Assembly (NCBI RefSeq): GCF_027921745.1
Contig: NC_079240.1
Coordinates: forward strand, 1,798,001-1,862,000
Reading direction: 5' to 3'
From: Schizosaccharomyces osmophilus
Taxonomy: Eukaryota
DNA length: 64,000 nt
A program made the translations under genes and the position numbers. Positions 1-11,975 of this stretch are shown here, piece after piece (position 1 is the first letter of the stretch; each line of letters starts with the position of its first letter). The notes beneath the pieces are model-generated. The model did no database searches and was not told the DNA's origin. It saw only the letters and a program-made list of their open reading frames with translations.

Positions 1-1
1 T

Positions 2-733
2 GTAGATATTCCTTTTGACGCTGGACGTCAAAAAAGACAAAGAGCTTCCATTAGTTATGCTGAACCAGGATTTGAGGATGCATTTGAAGAAGGAAGCAAA
101 AGTGATATGCCCCGACGTCGTGGTAGACCAAGGAAGAAACTTGCTTTGGATAATCTTAATTACTCTGGGCCTTTAATTTACGAATCACGTTCGAGCAAGA
201 GGGCAAGTCAAGACCCGTCTACACACAAGTACGAGGCTCTTCAAAGATGCTTAAAAGAGATATACGAAAGCATCTTTTATCTTCAAGACGAAACTGGTCG
301 TTTGGTTAACGGTTTATTCTTGTATCCTCCTAGTCGTAAGCTATACCCGGATTATTACGTTATTATCAAGCATCCAATTGCCCTTGGTAAAATAGGTCGA
401 AGTATAAAAAATGGTAAATACACGGATCTTCAAGGTTTGGTTTCGGATTTTATGCTTATGTTTAGCAATGCCTATACTTATAATGAAGAGTTTTCTCCTG
501 TATACGAGGACGCCAAATTTATGGAGCGATCTCTTACGAGCATACTGGAAAAATTCGAAAGAGAAAAAATTTTTGAAAAATACGAAAATGAAGAGTTAGC
601 TAAATTGAAAGTCGAGCCTAAAATTGACAATGGGAAAGATCCCCTAGAAATAGAATCCAATTTGGACACTGTTGCTAACGATACGGAGTTCGAAATGGAT
701 CAGGATTATGATGATTTAACTTCTGAAGAGTGA
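2..733 (+). CDS. snf22: 3' end of SWI/SNF ATPase Snf22 (AT-hook and C-terminal bromodomain), 5'-partial
   Basis: Frame is open from base 2. RRRGRPRK AT-hook; bromodomain signature LFLYPPSRKLYPDYYVIIKHPI...LMFSNAYTYN. Position matches recalled SPCC1620.14c. Confidence 0.8.
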   Translation, partial: VDIPFDAGRQKRQRASISYAEPGFEDAFEEGSKSDMPRRRGRPRKKLALDNLNYSGPLIYESRSSKRASQDPSTHKYEALQRCLKEIYESIFYLQDETGRLVNGLFLYPPSRKLYPDYYVIIKHPIALGKIGRSIKNGKYTDLQGLVSDFMLMFSNAYTYNEEFSPVYEDAKFMERSLTSILEKFEREKIFEKYENEELAKLKVEPKIDNGKDPLEIESNLDTVANDTEFEMDQDYDDLTSEE

Positions 734-1023
734 TTCTCATGTTTATTTAGTAGGTTCCTTCACATTGTTTGAATCCTAATCTCTTCCTCATAATGACAAT
801 GAAGCATTACACAAAAACCGGTTTATTGAAGGATTGCATTCTTAGGATTTATCTAAAATACATGCCAGCAGCTGATGAATCACAGAGAAAACGTATAATT
901 TAATTCAGCTTAAAAGTTTGTTTTAATAATTTATTAATGTTTTGAACACTTTAATCAACACCTAAATCTTTCTGAGACTAGGATATGTGAAATCTATCGT
1001 AAAGCCTTATTTATTATAGAGGC

Positions 1024-1881
1024 TTAATCTACTCGCCTGCAAAACTCAGTAATAGGCTTCTGCTTTGAGTCGTACGTTGTACTGCCTATATTTCGTACTC
1101 TTCGAACACCTCGAAGATGCGAATTCAAGTTCATCTCTACAGTCGTGTTGCCCTCTAAATCGATAGCAATTGAGGTGTAGGAAGCATTGCTCCAAGGAAG
1201 TATTTTAGAAGGAAGGGGTGTTCTAACAGCTGCCAAAATGGCACGTAAAAGAAAGGGTAGGAAAAGACCATGTGAAACAATAACAACTACATCTGAAGCA
1301 TCAAGTCCCGTTTCTTCTGCTTCCATCAACAAGCTTTCCGCAAATTCACGTGCTCTATGTACTAATGAATCGCGATTTTCCAAACCATGAACCTTCATGG
1401 GCGCTTCATTAGGTCTGTAATTGGCAGTAAACCTAAATGATGTTCCTTCTAATGACCCTAAATCTTTCTCACGGAGCAGGCTGGACGTGAAATTGGGACA
1501 ATTCGTTACTTTAGCAATTTCCAGGGCCGTTCTCTGAGCACGCGTCTGAGGTGAGGAATATATGCAACGAACCCTTTGTTCCTTTAAAGACTTTGCAAGC
1601 TTCTTTGCTTGATTATAACCGTGAATCGTCAATTCACTGTCAATGCTTCCAGCCCTTATCCCACGAACGTTGTGCTCAGATTCGGCATGTCTTACAAGTA
1701 AGCAAGTGAATTTCTTTAATTGAACACCTGGTAGATCTCTATTACCTGTCGAAGAAATGTCTCTTATAGGACTGATCAATCGCCAAGACTCGGACTGTTT
1801 GCGCAAGGAAACCTCAGCTAATGGTTCTTCTTCTGCATAATCAAAGGGACTTAGTACAGGGCTATGTTCTGAAGAATCCAT
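1024..1881 (-). CDS. Histidine phosphatase / phosphoglycerate mutase family protein
   Basis: LVRHAESEHN, IYSSPQTRAQRTA, LREKDLGSLEG and VIVSHG motifs; syntenic with SPCC1620.13. Confidence 0.88.
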   Translation of the reverse strand: MDSSEHSPVLSPFDYAEEEPLAEVSLRKQSESWRLISPIRDISSTGNRDLPGVQLKKFTCLLVRHAESEHNVRGIRAGSIDSELTIHGYNQAKKLAKSLKEQRVRCIYSSPQTRAQRTALEIAKVTNCPNFTSSLLREKDLGSLEGTSFRFTANYRPNEAPMKVHGLENRDSLVHRAREFAESLLMEAEETGLDASDVVVIVSHGLFLPFLLRAILAAVRTPLPSKILPWSNASYTSIAIDLEGNTTVEMNLNSHLRGVRRVRNIGSTTYDSKQKPITEFCRRVD

Positions 1882-3568
1882 CTCATTTGACCTTAAATAA
1901 ATACCTGATATTTTGAGAAGCTCATGAATTTCTCTTTACCCAAAATCGTAAAGGCTTAAACACAGATGTCACCTAACTGGAAATTAAATTCAAGGATCAA
2001 AATCTTTTCTTTAAAGAATTAACTTGATGAACAAATGTATACCAGCTAATCGAAACGCAACTAATTTATATCCAAATGTGTGAATACCAATCTAGGGCTT
2101 GCTTTGAATTTCATTACCCAACGATTTCCAATTTCAAAAAAAAATAATAATAATAATAACAATATTAATCTTGGTCGGTAAAATCCCTGAAATTTGTTCA
2201 AATGGAAAGCATTCTAAATTTTGTGCTAAAGTCAGGTTGAGACCTCAGAAAAGGATTACACCTATGCTGTTTATGATGAAGAATAATATCAGAGATTCTC
2301 TAAAGTAATTAATTTGCAAATTGGATATTCGTTATACTATTCTGTGAAAACTGCTATGAAGAAACGACTGTTCCCCTGGGGAACCTCCTGTTCGTAAACC
2401 AGAGGTTAATATGCCCTTTTAAGACCAATATAAGATTAAAATGGTTATTATTGATTCAACAGTTTTCACGGGTTGTAAGAGCTTGATTATGCTTTTAGGA
2501 CGATTCTAGCAGTTTGAAACTTTTCATGATATTCAGCTACAAGACAATCTATGTTTTTTTAGCATGTCAAGAAAGTTACGAAAAAAGAAGATTTTCATTA
2601 GTATTATTTTGATTCCTTCAGCTAGCTTGGTTGTTAAAGTGAGTATGAATTATCTGTACTATTCTCCTGTTTTATCGACGATCCTGTATTGACCCAAGAC
2701 ACTCAAAGTTATTATATAACACTATTTATCAGGGAGAAGGACCCAATGGCATTCATGCCCTCAATGCTTCTGACGAGTCTTGTTTGTTTTTAGTTCAAGT
2801 TTTCAGCAGAGTTGGCCATTTCAACTAAACAAATAGATCACTCGTTTTCCCTCTATAAGGGCGGATTTATATTATCAAAGCCCGGTTTTTTCTTCTTTAA
2901 GAGTTTGTGTCTAAGCCCTGACATTGTACAAATCGACCTCCTGTAGATTCATTCTTTAGCTGATTGAAGGATCGTCCTAACCATTTTTGAACCTCAAGCT
3001 ATCCTTTTGAGAAAAAAAGCTTCCATAGGTCCGTGACGTCTGCTCTATCTTGATGCTTGGGTTCATTTGTATGAATCTTCGTTTTGCCAGCGGAGAGTAG
3101 TGTAGTAAAGAACAAGAGGTATTCTCCATATGCATCTAAAAGAAATATACTGTTTTGTTTTAGATCTCCAAACCTTTGCTTTGGATCATTTATTTGCATG
3201 TACATTTTAATTTACATACTTGATATGCAAATTCACCAAGGATTTTCAACAACAATAAAAGGAAACTTGTAATAGCTTGTAAATATTCTAAAAAATGAGT
3301 ATGGACCACAATGGTGGAATCACATCTCTCTTCTAAATAGTTTGTTTACCAACATGTTTAGTTGAATCCTTTCACACTATACTTGAAGTGAACTTGAAAC
3401 CCCAAATTTTACCTTGTTGGAAGTATATATAGTACTTTCTTTTCTAAATTTTTGCTAACATTGGGATAAACTATTTCAGTTACTTTGTATCCCATTACAC
3501 CGCTTATTCGACGTTGTGTAGTTAAATTTGAAGAATAGCTACGTCCTTATAGAAGAGTTTCTTTTTTA

Positions 3569-5556
3569 ATGAACGTGTGTATAATTTATTTAGTATTTTG
3601 ATTGAACTACTGTCTAATCAGCTTTGGTTATAGAACACAGCAGTTGAACCGTACTCTTCATCCACTCTAGAACCCTTGGAGAAACAGCATGAAATAATTG
3701 AAGAAAAAGAGAATTTGAGTACTATTCATGCAATGTCAATGGAATCCTTGAGGTCTTCTAAATCATCAGAGTCTTCCCTAAAGGAAATTAGCTTGGATTA
3801 CTCATCCCCTGGTCTTCAGGCACAAGCAGCTATTCCAGAAGAAACAAATTCTAATTATGCTGATAAAAGTATGCTTCGCCCTATTTCACCCGGCGTTCGT
3901 GGCAATAATGGCATCCATTCGACACAAGCAGAAAATCCTGGGTTTGGTCAGTTTCGTCCTGATCCCTCTCCATCCTCCTCTTTTATCTCAACTGAAACAA
4001 ACCAAACTTCTTCATCCTCCCCGCAATCTGGGTTTGAGCAACTACGAACTATATTCCGCAGCCATGAGGATCCTTCGAAAGCAATCAATGACTCTCGTAT
4101 TCAAACCCTAATATTTGAATTAAATCAACAATGTGAAAGTGACTCTATTCCTGTAAGTCAGATTGACTGGTTAGAATGGGCTCGTCTATCATTGTCCGCT
4201 AATGATTACACTACAAACTCAGATGCAGAAACCTCGATTGCCTCCATTCGAAATCTCATGTTGAAGAATTCTTGGAGCGTTCCTTCGCCCTGTAGAAAAT
4301 CTGTTTGGCAAACCCTTGTAACCGCAGAACGCAATGAGCTGTTAACACTATACGCCACGTTGAGTACTTCAATAAACTCTTTGGATCCTGTCATAAAAAG
4401 GGTAATTCGAAATAATGCTTTTCGGGGTCCACTAGAATCATTCAAATACGCATCACCAACTCGTGCAAAGGTATCCACGAATGGATTGTTTCACGTGCTT
4501 CACGCATTCACATTGTTTGATACAACTGTTGAATATGCTTTAGATGCTTTACTGTGGCCTGCTGCATCGCTTCTATCGTACATGCCCCAAGGAAACGCAT
4601 TTCGAAGTCTCGCTTGTTTGCTTGGAAAATCTAATTTAAGCGAATTGTATGTTGCTAATTTGGACACCTCTGAAGAACAATTATATGCCCTTGTTTGGGG
4701 GTGCATTAGTGATCTTTCACCAAAGATTGCTTTATCGCTGCAAAGGATTAAGGCACAGTCTTTGAAATCTTTATACCCGTCACTAGCTTGTTGTTTTGCT
4801 AACTTTTTATCCATTCAAAATGCCTTACGCATCTTGGATCTTGTTTTCTGCTATGGTTTGGAAACGTTCGTTCGTTTGCTTGTAGCTATTTTCCTGAAAA
4901 ACGAGGATAAACTACTGAATATAACGAATTTAGACCAGTGGAATCGATACTTAAGTTCTGATATCGTCGGCCCCTATCGCTTTCCTACAACTCAGAAGTA
5001 TACATTTTATACACGCACACCCGTCGATGTTGATTCATGGATACAAGATGCTTCAAATCTTCAAATAAGCACTGATCGATTTCCTTCTTATTTGTCCTAC
5101 CATGAAACTGTTATATCACGACAAACATTTCGCACTAATATGTTGAACGAATTGAAAGTTCAAAACAAGGATTTGGCTGAAAACATAGCTGAACTGGAAA
5201 ACAGGATGGTACTTTTAAATAGAGAGAACACAAATCTTTCCACTGAACTGTCAAATCATCGTGTTTTAAGGAGTGAAAGTGAAGAAAAAACTGACTATTT
5301 ACGAAATTCTATTGCTACATTGGAAGAGCAAGTAAAGCATCTACCAGAGCAATTAAAGGAATCTCTGCAACAAGAAATAGTTGTTCTGAAGAACCGAAAT
5401 CGAAAATTTGAAGAATCCAACGCGTACGCTGTACAACAAATCACTTACCTTAATGAAGAGTTAGAAAGAACTTTACGACAACTACATGATTTAGAAGATA
5501 AACACTCTCAATTGCAGGCCAGATGGGATAGTGTTTCTAAGATGTTCAAGAAATAA
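3569..5556 (+). CDS. Rab-GAP TBC-domain protein with C-terminal coiled coil (Gyp5/Gyl1-like)
   Basis: Micro-exon ATG AAC (3569-3574), intron 3575-3633 (GTGTGT..CTAAT..TAG) joins in frame to the 626-aa ORF. TBC-like VPSPCRKSVWQ and LRILDLVFCYG, then heptad coiled coil. Confidence 0.8.
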
Positions 5557-5690
5557 TTTTTTATTTTATTATATTATGATATATTATACATTGCTGCATT
5601 GCATAAATACACTTCCTTAGACAACCAGTTCTACTTAGACGCTGAACTAATCAAACCAAAAACAAAAACGTAAAAAAGAGAAAGAGTGGA

Positions 5691-8263
5691 CTAGGTCATT
5701 TCAATTTCACAACGATTTAATTGCTCCAATATGTGTGAAGGCATACGGAAGTCTATTAATGAGCTGTACATTACAATTTTCCGTGCCTTCATACGATAGA
5801 ACTGTAGCTTCGTGTTTGCTATCGAATCGTTGTTGTAAGCAGATGATTTCTGCTTTTTATAAAGCTCATTGATACTTTTCATAGCAACCAAAATAATTCC
5901 CGGTATATTGTGTAGCAGGCTGTCATTAAGAAAACGGAATTCAGCCGCCAACTTACGAACCACGTGAGAATCACACTCTGTATCCAGAGGCAATATCTCT
6001 ATTTGTTGTAAGGCAGCCAAGACTTGTTCGTAATCTTTGTTTACATAAGCATGGAAAGCTTCCACAGTGAGTAGTAACAAATCCGTCGTTTCTCTGTTTT
6101 TGTAATTAATCTTACTGTATATAGAAGGGTTCTTTCCATAAACATTCATCATATTTTTGACTAATGAGATAAGTTTTTCTGGGAACACGCCTTGATCCAT
6201 AAATCCTAACAATGCAGAACCCAAGCATCGATTGACAACGGAGATAACAACATCATAAGCCTCAGCCAAATGATATAGCAAAACTGAATCAGACCATAGC
6301 CCTTGATCATCAGCAATTTTAGCAGAGTGGAAAGTTATCTTTGTTAGAAACTCTTCCTGAGATGAAAGCTTTAATATCGAGTATCGACTCTCCAAAAATC
6401 CGGAAATACGTTCGCCGTCAGCACGAATATCGCCAACTAAATGAACATAATCACGGGTACTTAAGATTAGATCTTTCAAAGCTTCGTGACAGACAGGGGC
6501 ATATTCTGTAACTTCACACATACTCGCTAAATAGCAAGCAGAAGTAACTGCATCATTTTCCTGCATGCCTTTAACGTAGCTCATCAACATTGCTTCATAT
6601 CGCAGGCTTGGTTGACCTGCAGTATCATTTACAAGTAAAGTATCAAGAGGAGGCGAAGATTTCGGAGAAGCGGTGTGCAGCAAACCATGATGGGCACATG
6701 TGATAGCAAAATGAACAGCGTCTGTAGGATAATAACTATATAAAAATTCGATAGCATGCTCATAAAGACCACATAACATTAAAAGGAAAAAATACATAAC
6801 AGGATAAGAGCCTTGCTTAGTAAAATAATCAGGGCCGTATGACACCACCAATTTTTGAACATCTTGCAGGGAAAAGCATTCATGAGCAGATATGTTCGTT
6901 TCAGTAAATTCTCGTGCAAGGGAAAGCTGTAACCAAATATAGTCTTCAGTCACAAAACAAACAGAGGGACAAGATGTTTTGGAAAGCTCACAGCGGCCAA
7001 TTATTTTATACACGGCATATTTGAAAGGATCATAGTCTTCTTGGAAACGGAGCGTCTGATTGAATTCAGAGAAAAGTTTGTTTCGCAATTCTTTGGGAAT
7101 TATCGAGTTTGGAGCCTTCAAATAAGCCTTCAAGTAAGTAGGGAAATCGGTGGCTTGTCTCTCTTCAAAAAAGTTGTGATTTTGTTCAGCATATGCGACG
7201 GCTTCATCCAGGTAGCCCGCACGCAGCAGATAGAAGATGAATGCCCAAACCGGTAAGTCCCCTAAAAATTCAATATTCGAATTCGTCCAAACACCATTTT
7301 TTGAGAATCGAATATTAATATATGCACGAATTTTATTTACAACAGAGGGTACGCCACCAATGGAAGCAGCTTGAGGGTTGTTTGCGATTTCTTTATTAAC
7401 AACATCAAAGAATTGCTTTTCCAAGAAACGTCTAGAGCAGTCAATAATTCTTTGATTTAGACGTACTTTAGAAAGGCTATCTTCGTAGAAAGGAAACAAC
7501 TGGGATTTGGATCCGAGTAATGGATCTGAAGAACCATCATAAGAAATGAAAGAACGTAATAAATTCCAAGTTTCATACAAAAGAAGTGACTTCGTATCTT
7601 TTGACAATTCCTTTGCGACTTGGCAGAAAGATGAAACATAATTTGAGCCAGGTGAAGACTGAGAAACATCGGAGTAACACGTCTTTAATGAAGCAGCAAA
7701 TACCCGGCTGCGAGCATTGTTTTGGGTTACTGTTGCCAGCTTTTTCTCTTGAGAAGTAGATGATTCCGGAAATTCCCTTACACCTGACTTCTTTCCCTGC
7801 CACTCAAGCTCCAGATACTTGTCAAACTGAGACTGGGCATCCTGAATAAGGGCTTCAAGCGAATATAGCACATTTTTCTCTCTTTGGTATTTCAAAAACA
7901 TATCCACGTCTGTAAAAGAAAGTTCAAGAGTTGTAGGAGGTTTTGCATGAAGCGATAGTGACTCAATTTTCTTCCATGTTCTCTCAGCATTTATTCCACT
8001 TCCCGCGAGCAAGTAATGTCTATATAGAATATTAGTAATTATTCTTCAGATGTATTTCTTTATTCATACGCTTTCGTATTTCCATCTTTGCTTGGTGGAA
8101 TATGATTATGTGACTGAATCGCACGCTGCTCAAGTTGGCCCAAGTTTAACTGAATAAAAGGCAAAGACGGCTGTAACAGCTCGCCAACAAGTTTCCTAGA
8201 TTTCGTGTCCAATAAAGGCAGCGAACAAGTCGGTTTTTGAACCCTCTTTGGTTCTACAGTCAT
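5691..8263 (-). CDS. nup97: Nucleoporin Nic96/Nup93 family
   Basis: ATG 8263, intron 8020-8069 (GTATGA..CTAAT..TAG) gives KAHYLLAGSGI. Nic96 motifs GGVPSV, PVWAFIFYLLRAG, DPFKYAVYKIIGRC, EDYIWLQL. Confidence 0.9.
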
Positions 8264-8823
8264 GACACGGTTCAAGTAGTAAACAACAACTTGCTTTCTC
8301 GCTACTCCAAATTCATTCGGAGAATTCGGCCTTTTTGTGTGTTAATCACCGAGTTTACCGAAAATGTGTTCTGTGTTCTTATAAAAAAAGGTATGAATTG
8401 AATAAACTAAAATAAAAACAATAAGAAAATAAAATAAAACAAAATAAACGGTTCTGCTTTCGACATTTTTGAAATGTGTTTTCTTCCTTGGGTAAAATAC
8501 GAAACAATCGATAGCAGCAGGACAATTGCTTTCCTTAAATACTTTGTATTTGAAATGTAAATAGTCTAGAATAATTCTTTATGAAATTAAGAAAAGGAAG
8601 AAACCGAATATCAAAAATGACCTTGATCGTTTTGTTTAGACAGTATTGTAAACTTGAATAAATGGGGATGTTGCAGCTTATCCCGGAACTATTTTAGGAA
8701 GTAAAGAATCTTCTAAGAAAATAGAACAAACAACTATCTTATTCTTCTTAAATCCATCTTTTCATCCTTTTTAAAGACCCAATAACTGATTCCCTGAAAC
8801 AAAAGATGCTGTAATTCTATGCA

Positions 8824-9778
8824 TCACATGCTAAAATATTTGTTAGAAAGTGTAACAAAGCGTGCAACCTTACTCTTCCACTGCCCACATTTGAGCTTCG
8901 TGTTCTCGAGCTTTCCGCTCATTCTGTCGCTGAAACCAACGATTTTCAAACCCATTCCCCCGAATGATACCATCCCATCGATGGCCAGGGCGAATATTAA
9001 ATCTGTTTGGAGGAGCATATCCTTGATATGCTTTTGTAGTGGTCGTGGATCGCTTCGTCAAAAACGCTGCTGCAGGGTCGTTCCATCGAACCTTTTCTTT
9101 AAGTTCCTGGTTATATTCCGGATCATCTTCATACCTTGAGAGGGGTACATTCTTTTGTCGTTCCAGCTCTGCAAGATACTCTTGTCGTTGTTGAATTTGT
9201 ACTTCACCCACTTGATTTTCCTTCTGGCGCCTTTTTTCCAATTCCTGTTCTACTAGTTTCCTCCGTGCCTCCTGACGTGCAAGAGTAATATCTATACGTT
9301 TACCTGTAGCATCACGATAAACCGTTTCTTTACTTTTTCGTAATTCCTCGTCTGGCATAGCGAACTTCTCCTGCTCTTCAATTTCACGCTTCCGCCTAGC
9401 TTCTTCTGAAACTTGTTTACCTGTCACCAATCCATACCCAGGACCCTTGTCCGTTGATTCTTTTGAAGACTCTGTTTTTTGGTTTGCCTCGCTGGCACCT
9501 ACTGGTTTCCAACGCGATGCTGTTGGAACCGCAACATCTTGCGCTTTTTGGGCAATTGTATTTTCATCTAAATCTTTTATATGTTCATCGTTAACAATTG
9601 TCGGTTGATCCTGTAATATAGTAGCCCCTTCTGTATAGCCTGCTAGTTCATCGTCATTTCTCCATCCAGCAACATCTTCATCTTGAATTTCTACAAAATC
9701 TGAAGATTTAGACTTTTTTCTTTTCTTTCCTGTGTCTTTCTTTAAATATTTCTTCGCGATATAGTCTGCGTTCGACAT
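8824..9778 (-). CDS. cwf26: RES complex splicing factor Cwf26/Bud13
   Basis: TVYRDATG, RWNDPAAAFL and PPNRFNIRPGHRWDG motifs. Intron 8831-8873 restores the C-terminal WAVEDM*. Confidence 0.93.
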
Positions 9779-9876
9779 AGTTGTTTAGTGTAGATATATC
9801 ATACTTATGCACAATCCCTTAACCATCTTCCAGTTCGTCAGGAAGATCATACTTTTTAAGCCTTTATAGCTGCAAA

Positions 9877-11616
9877 ATGGACCTGAAAGATACCAAACCC
9901 TTTTCGAATGTTAAGCAGGAACCTACAGATGTGAAAGAACCCAAAGTAGAAGAGAAACCTGCTCAAGATGCAGCTACTCCACAAAATCAACAAAAGTTTT
10001 TGGATTTCCAACTTTCCTGGTGTCCTAAAAATGAAAGAAAAACTACAAACCACCATTTATTAAAATTCCATTCCAATAAAACCATTGATCCTCTGAAAAC
10101 ATTCGTGCCACCCATCAAGATGCAAAGAAGAGATCCCCATGCCTCTTCTTCATCAAACAATGAACAGCAATCTGCCGAGCCTGGTACTTCTAGTAACATG
10201 GATGCATCTTCTATTGCTCCTTACGGAGGAGCTCAAAACATGAAGCAGAATGCTTTCAAACGAAAGACCCGCCAAGTTGTCAAGGTGGATCCACAAGTCC
10301 GCAGACTTCAAGAGGAAGAATTGTCGCCGTGGATTATGGAAGACTTTGAAGGAAAAAACACATGGGTTAGCACTATGGAGGGAGGTCAATCCTCTGCTTA
10401 TGTCTTATTTATGTTTTCTGTAGGTTTTTTTGGGAGATATTCCTTCAACAAGCAACACTGGTATTGTAAAGATAAGCTGGTTTACTAACAAGTGTAGGAG
10501 AATGGATTTAAGGTCATTCCAGCTGATCGTTTCTATCGGTTCAATCAGCGTAGTAACTTTCAGACCCTCTCTATAGATGAAGCAGAGGCCAAGGTAATTT
10601 TGAAAAATATTTTATTATAATGTATTGTACTAACAATCTTTTAGATGAACAAAAAGACACCCATTCCTCGCTGGTTTATGAAAAAGGATAATAATGAAGA
10701 AGGGGGGTCTTCGGAGGGCGCTGCTTCGCCTATGTATCATCTCAAAACTGTTCCGAATGCTCGTACCGTTTCTGGTCCTAGGACAACGGGAAGTGATGAT
10801 GAATTAGATTTTGATGAAGAGTTTGCAGACGACGAAGAGGCACCCATTGTCGAAGGAAACGAGGAGGATAATAAACAATTGGAAGAGAAAATGAAGAAAG
10901 AAATGCTTACTGCCAATCTATTCGGTGAGGCTGAAGAGCCTAACTTCGAAGAGGAACAAGAGCGCCAGATATCTCACGAAGGCAAAAAGCTTCAACGTTA
11001 TCTCAAATTACTCGAGAAAAATTTGGCGTATGAAAGTGATGAAGAAGATGAGAATCCCTATGCTTCACCCAATGAGGCTAGTAGTGAAGAAGAGGTACTT
11101 AAAGAAGAAGAAGAGTTACAGAAGCGTGAAGAAAAGGTTAAATCTCGTTTTTCAGCTTCCAAAGCTACTACACCCAAACCCACTGGTACCCCGAGTGCCA
11201 ACTTGAGCCCTCAACATCCAGTTTCCCAACTCAGTTCGCCTTCGCAATCGTTTGTACAATCTAAACCTTCAGAGCCTATTGTTAAAGGTCCCGGATATGT
11301 TGTTTTTCGAATCTCGAGCGAAAAGCTCTCCCAGTTTGCTTCTGACTTTCCTCCTCTTCATCCTAAAATTGTTGCTACTCCTTCGTCGGAAGCGATTGTT
11401 GGAGCGGACGGGGGAGCTAATGTTAATACGGACGATTCTAATCTTATTACTGATGCTGAAGTCATACAAGCTCTCAAGAGTGGACCTATCACTATTAAAG
11501 ATTTGATTCATCTATTTCACGCCAAATTCAAGGCAGACACCAGAAATCGTACGGTCATTCAGAAAGTTATTCGAAAAGTTGCCAGATTTGAAAACAAATT
11601 GTTGGTTTTGAAATGA
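9877..11616 (+). CDS. tfg1: TFIIF large (alpha) subunit Tfg1
   Basis: Three exons (introns 10420-10497, 10594-10644). PWIMEDFEGK, FKVIPADRFYRFNQR, DELDFDEEFADDEE and a C-terminal winged helix. Confidence 0.92.
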
Positions 11617-11975
11617 TGATTAATTCGTTCTTTGTAACAGCATTGTGCTGTTACGGGCCAGTCTTCGTTAAGTACGCGCACATTTTGTTGAAAAGTAAGA
11701 AAAAAAAAAGCTTGTATATTTTTGGTTGTTAAAGGGCACTATGTTATGAGAGTATGGAATGAAAATAAATTATTTATAGGATTGACCAAGAGAACTATCA
11801 TTTACGATACATAAGAAGTTTACGAATTACTCGTTTTGTAACGACAACTGATTGCAAAATATAAATGAATTAAGATTACGTAAAGAAGGTTTATGCTTTC
11901 GCTGTAAAATTAGTAATCGCTAAGTAGAAATCATTAGAGAGGGGATTGAGAAGTTGAAGATAATACTAATGAGAA

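Noticed and set aside
1900..3300. Possible gene in the 1.4 kb gap after the histidine phosphatase (e.g. MSRKLRKKKIFISIILIP.. near 2564; ORFs 2999-3272)
   Set aside because: No splice chain gave a convincing long frame and no motif was recognisable.
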